From Bacillota bacterium (GTDB taxonomy: Bacteria; Bacillota; DTU025), in assembly GCA_050951805.1 (NCBI GenBank), contig JBMNJT010000002.1, forward strand, positions 800,001-864,000: 64,000 bases of DNA, written 5' to 3'. This document shows, in pieces, positions 9,701 through 17,971 of this stretch. Numbering within the stretch: position 1 is the first letter of the stretch; each line of letters starts with the position of its first letter. Made by a program: the position numbers and the translations under genes. Below the pieces are notes generated by a model that did no database searches, had not been told where the DNA came from, and was given only the letters and a program-made list of their open reading frames with translations.

Positions 9701-11322
9701 GGGAGAATGACATCGAGTTTGATTTGCCCGATGACATAGTGCAGGGAGCTACGTCGCTATCAGTGGATATCTCTCCAGGGTACGCTGGTGTTGTGGAGTC
9801 TGCCCTCGAATTCCTGGTCAATTACCCGTATGGATGTGTTGAACAGACGATGAGTGCTTTCCTCCCCGACATATTGGCACACCGCGCTTTTGCTTGTATG
9901 GGGATCCCCATGCCAAGGACTGAGGAGGAGCTTGCCGACATGGTCAATTCCGGACTTGCGCGCCTCTACAAGTTTCAGCATTGGGATGGTGGGTACGGTT
10001 GGTGGGAGCACGACGACAGTGGCCTATGGATGACTTCATACGTGCTCTACGGCTTGGAAAGGGCGAGGCGGAGCGGGTTCTGTGTAAGTGAAGAGGCAAT
10101 GGCAAGAGCCGCCGATTACCTGAGGGAAGCAGTATGGGATGAGAAGAGCGATACGAACCGCGCATTTGCCTGTTACGTCCTGGCGGAGCAAGGCGCCTTG
10201 GGCGCAAAGGGCATGAAGGCCCTTGAACAGCTTGCCGCGAAACTCCCGGCGTACCCCAATGTGGAGCATGGAAGGCGGGTTGCAGCTGAATCGCAATCGC
10301 TGAAACCATTGACTGTTGCATATGTAACACTGGCGGCGTCGGCTGCAGGACGCGACGACATGGCATCGGCAGGCGCGGAGACTCTGAGGAATATGGCGAC
10401 TGTGATTTCAGGGCAGGCGTTTTGGGAGACTGAGGATAAGGAAAATTGGTGGAGGAATGAAACTGGCGAGACCACTGCATGGGCCATGATGGCTTTGCTC
10501 GAGGCTGAACCTTCCAGTCCGCTTCTATCGCAGGCTGCCCGACATCTTGCTATGACAAGAGACGGGTCACAGTGGAGATCAACGCGGGAATCCGCTGCAG
10601 CAATCATGGCGTTGGTAGAGTACATGACCGCTATGGAGGAGGATGTCAGACAGCGAAGGCAAGTGACGGTGGAGGTCAACGGGCGGCGTATTGCCAAGGA
10701 ATACTTGGGAGGAGATTCAGGCTACGAGGCCGCAAACTTGTGTGTCAAGATCGACCCCGAATTTCTAATAGTCGGGAGAAACTCGGTCAAGATATCGGCC
10801 GAGGGAGGTCCTGTTTACTACAGCATTAACGCATCATGGCATGAAGCCCGTGATCGCATTGAGGCGGCAGGAGAGTGCGCAGACATTGTCCGCACATATT
10901 TTGTCATAGACAGAAATGCCGAGGCCCCGGAGGGCGAAGAATATGCGCTGATTCCTGTGGATGAGGATACTCCTGTCATGTGCGGACAGGAGCTCCTTGT
11001 GAGGGTCGCCATTGATGCCAAGCGCGACATGGATTACATGATTTTCGAGGATCCTGTTCCGTCTGGGTTCGAGATATCCGAAGGCTTTACTGATCCATGG
11101 TCTTGGAATTACTGGTATGATAGGCGAGAAGTTAGGGACGATAGAATGGTTTTCTTTGCAACATGGATCAAAGCGGGCGAAAGCATGGTGTTTGACTATA
11201 TTCTCAGACCTGAGCGACTGGGACGCTACATGGTGATGCCTACTCGAGCCTGGTCAATGTACTATCCTGGATTAAGAGCGAATGGGGCGAGCAGGGTGAT
11301 CGAGGTGGCTGATGGGGAATGA
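6763..11322 (+). CDS. Bacterial alpha-2-macroglobulin
   Basis: YTDRPVYRP, EYRKPE, MPDSLTTW, thioester YPYGCVEQ (GCVEQ codons at 9832-9846), DPVPSGFE; GGAGGT RBS favours ATG 6763 (ORF track starts at 6748). Confidence 0.95.
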   Translation: MRCLGRSARVSHAIVLAALLALFMAPAAMSAREPQVWLFATARNYLPENEPELGIRGYGVKELWLDIYKFDGFRHFKNGDWSALWNVNYKDLPGREKVRSVRVDIARPGGTLDAAVKLKPLPPGQYVAVARSGQLKTEEAAWFAVSELGLISKQYSRGLVIYAVNLRTGEPMPNVSVYAKLSSMSGSDASERFDQETVESGEKGDIGGAAVVSVGSVSVPGEVYGMTDNRGLFTIDLADSADSAFVVAAKGDDFAVLNSSYWWDARTQKVYVYTDRPVYRPNNVVYFKGIARGITNSGYEVLARRPVRVEVRDPRNNVVYKQDLLTNDWGSFSGEFKLGAEPPLGHYWICAIVDGEQHEGSFQVAEYRKPEWVVEIEFDKEMYIAGDRLDATCKALYYFGAPVRNARVAYRVYRQPMGFFGPTAEDSGYDYDQYGGVDDMVGLYYGDFVLSGETRTDSDGLARISFESPAADGHNYRYIVEADVIDATNKRAYGRGYTDVARGTIDVDVSTDRYVVREGDKFEVYAKAVDLDGNGVVRDIDIIVLKRSYSKKGYTDTPVHSTRITTAASGDGFIELEAGKPGDYVIQAKSEDERGNAIIAETYIWTTPDNGSWADMFRTDLGIVCDRGRYDVGDVAKVLITAPPEVSSVLLTVEDREVRDVRVIRLENGSAEVELAIKPEYAPNTYVSVVAIVSGVMQTAARQIVIPVPERLLNVEIKPNKDSYRPGETATYLIVTENSDGDGVPAEISFGLVDESIYAVRPDTTPAIDKFFHGRRERTVSTENSFPVTYYGGAEKEGGTEATRKYFPDTAAWFPSVVTDSNGHAVVRVKMPDSLTTWRATVRAHTRSTIVGQAQEKVTVSKPLSIRLGIPRHYTMGDCGRVTGVIHNETKWQRIVFVNLNASGAKIVGCSWQWVKVPASGEAVVEWEVEPETVGDVVFKANAWSWFVGDKLALSVPVLPFGEKCDEVWAGEVRPDGGRGENDIEFDLPDDIVQGATSLSVDISPGYAGVVESALEFLVNYPYGCVEQTMSAFLPDILAHRAFACMGIPMPRTEEELADMVNSGLARLYKFQHWDGGYGWWEHDDSGLWMTSYVLYGLERARRSGFCVSEEAMARAADYLREAVWDEKSDTNRAFACYVLAEQGALGAKGMKALEQLAAKLPAYPNVEHGRRVAAESQSLKPLTVAYVTLAASAAGRDDMASAGAETLRNMATVISGQAFWETEDKENWWRNETGETTAWAMMALLEAEPSSPLLSQAARHLAMTRDGSQWRSTRESAAAIMALVEYMTAMEEDVRQRRQVTVEVNGRRIAKEYLGGDSGYEAANLCVKIDPEFLIVGRNSVKISAEGGPVYYSINASWHEARDRIEAAGECADIVRTYFVIDRNAEAPEGEEYALIPVDEDTPVMCGQELLVRVAIDAKRDMDYMIFEDPVPSGFEISEGFTDPWSWNYWYDRREVRDDRMVFFATWIKAGESMVFDYILRPERLGRYMVMPTRAWSMYYPGLRANGASRVIEVADGE

Positions 11323-12128
11323 GGCGTCAGTGGGTGGCCGTATCTATAGCTGTAGGTGTCATAGCTGCATCTGTTCTTCTCTGTGCATCCGGGGGCCGTG
11401 CGCCATCTGAGACCACGCCTGTCAATAAAGCAACCGGGCACGTGCTGGGACGCTGTATCACGCTGCTCAACGCCGATGAGAAGGAGAGAAACGCCAACGT
11501 GGCCCTTGGCGCAAGGAAGCTCGATGGAACGGTTATTGATGCCGGAACGGAATTTTCCTTCAACGCGTCCATAGGGGAGCGCGGCGTCGAACAGGGGTAC
11601 AAACCTGCCAGGGTTATTGTAGATGGCAAGAATGAGTCAGGCATTGCAGGAGGCATATGCCAGCTATCATCTACGCTGTATAATGCCGTGTTGCTGTCGG
11701 GCATGGAGGTAACCGAGCGACATGCTCATTCGCGGCCTGTGCCGTATCTTCCTGCAGGGCTTGATGCGACGGTGTCGTATGGTGCGCGGGATTTGAAATG
11801 GGTCAACACCAGCGGTTCGCCAGTGACAATTAGAGCCGAGGCAAGTGGGGACCGCTTGGAGGTCTGGCTGGAGGGCGAAGGGCCAGCGCCAGATATAAGG
11901 CTGTTTACCGAGGTTGTTGAGACAATACCCTCGAGGCCGATGTCGCCTCCGGATGCCACAGGAAGATCTGTAGCCCCGCCGCGCCCAGGAGCGTCAGACA
12001 AGATAAGACGTGGGGTTGAGGGATACCGGGTGAGGGTATGGGCCGAAATGCCCACGCCCGGAGGGGGGCGCGTGCGCGAACTCGTTTCTGAAGACCTATA
12101 TGAGCCGGTCCATGCTATTGTCGACTAG
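11319..12128 (+). CDS. VanW-family protein (membrane-anchored)
   Basis: FSFNASIG..GGICQLSSTLYNA..ERHAHS..YLPAGLDATVSYG; overlaps the A2M stop by 4 nt. Confidence 0.9.
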   Translation: MRRQWVAVSIAVGVIAASVLLCASGGRAPSETTPVNKATGHVLGRCITLLNADEKERNANVALGARKLDGTVIDAGTEFSFNASIGERGVEQGYKPARVIVDGKNESGIAGGICQLSSTLYNAVLLSGMEVTERHAHSRPVPYLPAGLDATVSYGARDLKWVNTSGSPVTIRAEASGDRLEVWLEGEGPAPDIRLFTEVVETIPSRPMSPPDATGRSVAPPRPGASDKIRRGVEGYRVRVWAEMPTPGGGRVRELVSEDLYEPVHAIVD

Positions 12129-12150
12129 TGTCGAATTGATGATGCGCACA

Positions 12151-13065
12151 TCAAAGCGCACCCTCCTCAGTCGGCTCTCCGCAGCTTTTGCTGTCTTCGT
12201 GACCGAGCAGACCTCTGCGCGCCAGTGATTCAATGACTACCGCTACACCGTCTTCGTCATTTGTGGGGGCGACAAGGTCTGCAAGCTCCTTCAATTCGTC
12301 CGGAGAATTGCCCATAGCAACCCCAAGGCCTGCATGCGCTATTAGTTCTTCATCGTTCAGAGAATCCCCGAAAGCTATTGTTTCGGACGGCCTGATGTGC
12401 CACATATCAGCCAAGAAGCTAACCCCCATCCATTTATGTACCCCGGCGGCGAACACATCCACTACGCGAAAGCCGTCCTCCAAAACCCCGTAGTCGAAAA
12501 ACGAGACCTGATTCGAAAAACCAGCATCTATCTTGTCCAGAAACCTGTCCACGGCGTCGATGTTGCCCTGGATGCACAACTGGACAGGATCTGATGTGCA
12601 AGCCTCGTCATAGGTGGCAACCTCACGGCATTCTGGCAGCGTGCGGGGCCAGAGCGGCTGGGCGCAGTCAGAGATCGCAAATGGCGTTACGTAAAGCGCC
12701 CGTCCCTTATACACGCTTTCAAAGACAGTGACATCAACTCCGCAATTTTCTGCTATATGACACACGTGCAGCGCTGTATCGCGTGGAATCTGCTGTGCCA
12801 TTAGAATACTCTCGGAGCCGGGTTGCAACACAACAGCTCCGCAGTGGACCACGGCAGGATGCACCATTCTGAACGCGTCGATTACTGGCATGGCGGATAT
12901 TATCCTTCTGCCAGTGGCTATCGATACCTTTGCCCCGCACGCCTGGGCAAGGCGGATGGCCTTGATCGTTCTTGGACTGGTGCTGCCATCACTTCGAAGG
13001 AGCGTTCCGTCTATGTCGCAAGCTATGAGTTTGTACACTGGGCGCTCATCCTCCGTTGAGTTCAT
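12151..13065 (-). CDS. Cof-type HAD-IIB hydrolase
   Basis: DIDGTLL, ATGR, FGDSLND, AMGN..NDEDGVA. Start at 13065 (ATG) or 13038 (GTG after GGAGG). Confidence 0.9.
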   Translation of the reverse strand: MNSTEDERPVYKLIACDIDGTLLRSDGSTSPRTIKAIRLAQACGAKVSIATGRRIISAMPVIDAFRMVHPAVVHCGAVVLQPGSESILMAQQIPRDTALHVCHIAENCGVDVTVFESVYKGRALYVTPFAISDCAQPLWPRTLPECREVATYDEACTSDPVQLCIQGNIDAVDRFLDKIDAGFSNQVSFFDYGVLEDGFRVVDVFAAGVHKWMGVSFLADMWHIRPSETIAFGDSLNDEELIAHAGLGVAMGNSPDELKELADLVAPTNDEDGVAVVIESLARRGLLGHEDSKSCGEPTEEGAL

Positions 13066-13777
13066 TCTACTTGAAGACTGTTCACCTAAGATTATTGCAG
13101 TGCCGATTACGCCGAGGACAGGAACGAATAGTCGTCGGAGCGCAAACAGGCAAAGCACTTATGCCAAGAATGAACAGGCAATGCCGAGATAGGCCGAGGT
13201 TGAGAGCTATCTGTGGCCTAGCTACGACGGATTTGGGCGGCGGGCCGTCGGGAACGACAAAACATGCCATGACTATCGTCGCTAGGCCTGCCTGGCAAGC
13301 ATTTGTTGCCAATGTGCCGTAGGGGTCCGTTGAGGACTGTATACATCGTCCATGCCAAAGAAGAGGTGAGTGGGATTGGAACGTTGCGAAGACAATGGGC
13401 GTCTCATACGCCCTGGCCTACACTTCCTGCGACGACAACCCAGCCCCTTGCTGCGGATAGAAGTATACCTGCCAAGCGAGAAAATGGCAAGAGGCCGTTA
13501 TCGTCCAGCCCAACGCTGCGGGAATGTAAAGCCCGGCAGTGTTCTCACGATACAAGTCGGTCGGTATTTCGGTAAAGGGGCGATTCGGTCTAATAGGGCC
13601 TTGGTGCTCACAGAGGCAGCTAAAATGCTAGTCTTTACCGCCCGGGGCGACACCTCAATTATATTTCATGGTTGTTTCGGAATTGAAGGGATTTGGCTTG
13701 CGGAGTCGAATTCAAATCCGAAGTTATCGGAGTGTTGCAACGGCGGCAATGGTCCGATGTTCTTGGGGGGTATTCGG

Positions 13778-14425
13778 GTGTCTGATGACAGAAAGACGCG
13801 ATTGGCTAAAGCAGAAGGGCGCATGCGCCTATTGCCTGGAGTCACCCGAGTGCGGATTCTTGAGTTGGCGGATGGAGATGAGATCCATGTAATGGTTGAG
13901 GGCTGTTATGACCAGGATGAGATCAAAAGGCTCAAGAAGGATATTGAGACCGTCTACTTGCTGGAAACTGGCGAGAGCATTGATTATCGTAGAATCAGCA
14001 TAGCACAGATCAGGGAGAAACATCCGGATGACCACGCCGGTTCCAACGGCAGGCCCGTTCTCAGCAGGATCTCCGTCGAATATGGGCAGGGAGGCGCAGT
14101 AGTTGCCTATGTGGACATAGAGTTTGGCGGAGAGTGTTACTCAGGTTCGGCGAATGGGAGAACGATTGAAGAACCGCTGAGTAATATAGTCAAGCGCGCC
14201 ACGTTGAAGTCCATTGAAAAGTTGTTGGGCGAAAAATATGCGTTGCAGGCCGATTGTGAGATAGCAGATGGAAGGGTGATTTCCGAGATTACTCTCATAG
14301 ATAGCAGCTCCGGGCAACGCCAAAGGTATTTGGGGGCTGCCTACAAGAGGGATGACATTTCCACGGCGGTTGCCAGATCTATTCTTCAGGCTTTAAACCG
14401 CCAATTTGAGCTCCTAGTAGACTGA
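13778..14425 (+). CDS. Conserved hypothetical protein (EIHV...DIET...IDYRRISIAQ; C-terminal GAA..D...AVARSILQALNR)
   Basis: G-rich RBS before GTG 13778, in frame with ORF 13370-14425. The C-terminal part resembles a LeuA allosteric-type small domain (by eye). Confidence 0.7.
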   Translation: MSDDRKTRLAKAEGRMRLLPGVTRVRILELADGDEIHVMVEGCYDQDEIKRLKKDIETVYLLETGESIDYRRISIAQIREKHPDDHAGSNGRPVLSRISVEYGQGGAVVAYVDIEFGGECYSGSANGRTIEEPLSNIVKRATLKSIEKLLGEKYALQADCEIADGRVISEITLIDSSSGQRQRYLGAAYKRDDISTAVARSILQALNRQFELLVD

Positions 14426-14514
14426 GCAGAAGAATTACCCGTCGCGGCGCGAGATGAGAGTGAGAGATGAGCTGAGCCTCCCAGGTTAATTACGACCGAT
14501 GGGTGGTGAAGCGA

Positions 14515-14607
14515 GTGAAGAAATTTGCTCTGTCGGCATTGATAGCTACAGCCATGACGCTGCTGATGTCAGTCATGGCTTTTGCTGACACATTTCTGAT
14601 GAAGTAA
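14515..14607 (+). CDS. Small secreted pre-peptide MKKFALSALIATAMTLLMSVMAFA|DTFLMK (30 aa)
   Basis: RBS GGGTGGTGA at 14501-14509, GTG start, basic n-region, hydrophobic h-region, A-F-A cleavage motif, TAA at 14605-14607. Below the ORF-track size cutoff. Confidence 0.75.
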   Translation: MKKFALSALIATAMTLLMSVMAFADTFLMK

Positions 14608-14613
14608 CAAGAT

Positions 14614-14676
14614 AGGCGCCGTTAAAACTTCGCCAAGCGCCGCCAATAGCGGCTTGCCGCGGCGGGCCTTTTGTTT
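14614..14676 (+). terminator. GC-rich structured element with U-tract between the peptide and HD-GYP genes
   Basis: aggcgccg...cggcgggcct pairing with an internal hairpin, followed by TTTGTTT. Confidence 0.4.
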
Positions 14677-14714
14677 GATGGGGATGGTGTGATTGCGATC
14701 AAAGCATCGGGGAC

Positions 14715-15986
14715 ATGGCGGGAGTGATAGGATTGCCTCGGGACAGGCACGTTTTGCATGATGTTTATGTGTGGTCGCTTGTAGCTCTCTCAGTTGTGCT
14801 AGTAGGACGCTTTATTGAATGGGATATGCCGCTCGGATCAGCGCTGGCGTTTATCGGATTGCTTTGGGCATCATCGCTGTCTGTCATAAACCTGAGAAAC
14901 ACCGTGGTCTTGATGCTCCTTCCCATAATGATGACGCCTGTTGTCAAATACAACCCTGGGGCCACTGCAGTTATTGCAGCCATTGGGAGTGTGAGCATCC
15001 AGGAGATCCGGATCTTGAGGGAAAACAATTCGCCGTATCTTTTCATCCTCAAGGTTTTGGGGAACCGGGCAAGCATCATGCTGTGTGCCCTATTGTCCGG
15101 ATTGGTATTCCATTCGCTTTGGCCCGCAGCCACTGTGGATTTTGGAGATGTCAGATTCCTGGCAGCGTTTGCAATTGCTGGTCTATCATGGGTGATGTTG
15201 TCAGGAGTCATAATCAACTTCCAGATCCTGCTCTCGGAGCCCAAGTTCGAGGCGAAGATCGATCCTGCCGTGATCATCGGCTCATCGCGCTCGCTGGTGC
15301 CGTCTGTGATCATGGGATTGATGGCAATGGCCATGTACGAGTATGGGGGCCTTATTCTATTTACCTTAGCTCAACTCTTTTTTATCTCGAACAAGAACTA
15401 CACACAGCGAGCCCTTGTAGATAAGGAAAATGCTGAACAGATCAACTTGGCCCTGGCAAGAATCATCGATTCCAAAGATCACTATACCGGAGGCCATTCT
15501 GAACGTGTGGCGATATTAGCCCGTCAGCTTGCAGAGGCATGTAGACTTCCCGGAGCAGATGTGGACAGAATAGAGTATATCGCCAGGCTTCACGATGTGG
15601 GCAAGGTTAACCTCCCCGATGAAATACTCTCGAAACCCGGCCGGCTTACTGGCGAGGAATATGACGCGGTAAAGAGGCACCCAGAATGGGGGGCTGAGCT
15701 GATTCGAGGCATGGAAAGGATATACAGTGATCGCGATTACAGAGCTATTCTTGAGCATCACGAGAGATATGATGGCGCCGGATATCCCTATGGCAAGAAA
15801 GGCGAGGAGATATCGCTTTGGGGGCGCATCCTGGCGATATGTGATGCTTATGATGCAATGACGAGCGAGCGCGTTTATAGAGAGGCGCTTCCTGTCGAAG
15901 CAGCCAGGTTCGAGCTTAAGCGGAATTCAGGAACTCAGTTCGATCCTGAGTTGGTAGATCTGTTTCTGTCAAACGTTCAGGAGTGA
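14715..15986 (+). CDS. Multi-TM membrane protein with HD-GYP cyclic-dinucleotide phosphodiesterase domain
   Basis: About 7 hydrophobic helices, then KDHYTGGHSERV, LHDVGK, HHERYDGAGYP, DAYDAMTSERVYR. Confidence 0.93.
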   Translation: MAGVIGLPRDRHVLHDVYVWSLVALSVVLVGRFIEWDMPLGSALAFIGLLWASSLSVINLRNTVVLMLLPIMMTPVVKYNPGATAVIAAIGSVSIQEIRILRENNSPYLFILKVLGNRASIMLCALLSGLVFHSLWPAATVDFGDVRFLAAFAIAGLSWVMLSGVIINFQILLSEPKFEAKIDPAVIIGSSRSLVPSVIMGLMAMAMYEYGGLILFTLAQLFFISNKNYTQRALVDKENAEQINLALARIIDSKDHYTGGHSERVAILARQLAEACRLPGADVDRIEYIARLHDVGKVNLPDEILSKPGRLTGEEYDAVKRHPEWGAELIRGMERIYSDRDYRAILEHHERYDGAGYPYGKKGEEISLWGRILAICDAYDAMTSERVYREALPVEAARFELKRNSGTQFDPELVDLFLSNVQE

Positions 15987-15990
15987 TGAA

Positions 15991-17634
15991 ATGGAACGCA
16001 GCATGATATTTGGCATTATAGGCGGTTTGGGCTTGTTCCTGTACGGTATGAATCTGGCTGGAGATGGCCTCAGGCGCGCTGCTGGTGACAGAATGCGCAA
16101 CATATTGGAGGTTTTAACCTCTACTCCCTTGAAGGGAGTCCTGGTTGGTATGCTTGTGACGGCCGTCATGCAAAGCAGCAGCGCGACTACTGTCATGCTT
16201 GTGAGCTTCGTGAATGCAGGGTTGATGACGTTGCGGCAGGCGCTTGGAGTCATTATGGGTGCGAATATAGGAACGACTATCACAGCACAGCTAATCGCGT
16301 TTAACTTGGCTGATTACGCTTTACCCGCAATCGGCATCGGTTTCTTGATCCATATGGTGGCTCGTCGCAAGGTCTGGAAAAGTGTAGGCCAAATAGTGTT
16401 GGGCTTTGGGATCTTGTTTCTCGGGCTTTCACTGATGTCGACGTCTGTTATACCACTCCAAGATAGTCCGGCTTTTGGTAAGGCGATGAGAACCTTTGGC
16501 ACGAATCCGGTCTTAGGTGTCGTGATAGGGCTTGTGACTACTTTAGTGGTGCAAAGTAGTGCGGCTACCATAGGTATGCTGATGGCGTTGGCCATCTCAT
16601 CGCCGGACCTTGTTACTCTTGAGGTGGCAATCCCCATTCTTTTGGGCGACAATATAGGCACTTGCATAACTGCGATTCTTTCGGGGATAGGCGCCAGTGT
16701 GACTGCCAGGCGCACCGCCATGGCTCACTTGATGTTCAATGTTTTCGGAGCGCTCATATTCCTGCCATTCATAGGCCCGTTTAAGTGGGTTGTAGAGGCG
16801 TTCACCCGGTCAGGTGATATTCAGCGGCAGATCGCCAATGCTCATACCCTGTTCAACGTTGCAAACACAGTCATTTGGCTTCCCGCGACCGGTTTCTTGG
16901 AGCGGGTGGTTTCATGGCTTGTACCCGGAGAGGACACGGTAGTGGAGATCGGACCGAAGTATCTCGACCGCAGGATGCTTGGTACGCCTCCGATTGCGCT
17001 GGATCTTGCCGTTGCGGAGACTGTTAGGATGGGCGAGATTGTCCAGGAAATGCTCGACTATTCCCGAAAGGCCCTGACCCAGGGCTATACATCGCAACTC
17101 GATTCGGACCTCGAGTCCCGCGAGCAGCTCATTGACGACCTCAACAGAGAGGTCGTGCTATACCTATCCATGGTGGCCCAGTCATCCCTTAACGAGGCGG
17201 AATCTCGTCGATTGGCAGGTTTGATGCATGCGGTCGGCGACGTTGAGCGGATTGGTGATGTTGCGGAGCAACTCATGTTCTACGCACGCGAGAAATTCGA
17301 CCAGGGGCTGACATTTTCCGAAACTGCGATGAAGGAACTGGAGGGCGTATTCGATCTGGCTGAACAAATGCTTGCCAGGGGTGTAGTGGCCCTGCGCGAC
17401 AATGATATGGAAGCCGTTGAAGATGTTTACAATATCCATAAGAAGCTGGACGAGACCACGAACATGCTCAGGGCCAACCATATAGGCCGTCTCAATGAGG
17501 GCAAATGTGTTCCCGGCTCTGGTGTGATCTTTGTGGAGCTGATGAACAGCCTTGAGAGGATGGGCGATCTATCCGTCAATCTGGCCGACGCGGTCTCCGG
17601 CAAGAAGAGTCCGCGTGTGGAGCCAAGATCTTGA
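15991..17634 (+). CDS. Na/Pi cotransporter family protein with PhoU domains
   Basis: Duplicated QSSSATT/QSSAAT and GANIGT/GDNIGT motifs; C-terminal PhoU-like ERIGD and ERMGD. Confidence 0.93.
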   Translation: MERSMIFGIIGGLGLFLYGMNLAGDGLRRAAGDRMRNILEVLTSTPLKGVLVGMLVTAVMQSSSATTVMLVSFVNAGLMTLRQALGVIMGANIGTTITAQLIAFNLADYALPAIGIGFLIHMVARRKVWKSVGQIVLGFGILFLGLSLMSTSVIPLQDSPAFGKAMRTFGTNPVLGVVIGLVTTLVVQSSAATIGMLMALAISSPDLVTLEVAIPILLGDNIGTCITAILSGIGASVTARRTAMAHLMFNVFGALIFLPFIGPFKWVVEAFTRSGDIQRQIANAHTLFNVANTVIWLPATGFLERVVSWLVPGEDTVVEIGPKYLDRRMLGTPPIALDLAVAETVRMGEIVQEMLDYSRKALTQGYTSQLDSDLESREQLIDDLNREVVLYLSMVAQSSLNEAESRRLAGLMHAVGDVERIGDVAEQLMFYAREKFDQGLTFSETAMKELEGVFDLAEQMLARGVVALRDNDMEAVEDVYNIHKKLDETTNMLRANHIGRLNEGKCVPGSGVIFVELMNSLERMGDLSVNLADAVSGKKSPRVEPRS

Positions 17635-17649
17635 TCAGGATGGAAGGTG

Positions 17650-17830
17650 CATGCAGAATACAATGAAGCCCCGTGGAAGCACACTTTGCTACTTCGATGT
17701 TCATCGGCAATCTGCTGCAAGCGATTTATTCCACTGTCGACAGTATGGGGCGGGGCGTTCTCCATTAGTGGGCCGAGAGATCTCGCGTTGATAGCGATGG
17801 CTTTGGGCTTTAAGCGATGGTCGCAACCAC
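17650..17830 (+). pseudogene. Frameshifted fragment of a MATE efflux transporter N-terminus
   Basis: Pieces in different frames (EAPWKHTLLL / MFIGNLLQAIYSTVDS / FSISGP..LIAMALG) match the MATE start pattern PMFIGNLLQQLYNTVDS. Confidence 0.55.
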
Positions 17831-17971
17831 CCCCATCTCCCTGCATTGGGGGCTAGGGCAGTATCAGCAGGCAGCAGAGGCAGTCGCCAACCCGGTTCTT
17901 ACTGAGCTCGGGTGGAACGGGCACTCTGGCACTGGCGGATTCAAAGTATGTCGAAATCGGGAGATGATTGA

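Noticed and set aside
13370-13777. N-terminal 136 aa of the 351-aa ORF
   Set aside because: Not protein-like and has no clear RBS; the RBS and family-like sequence begin at GTG 13778.
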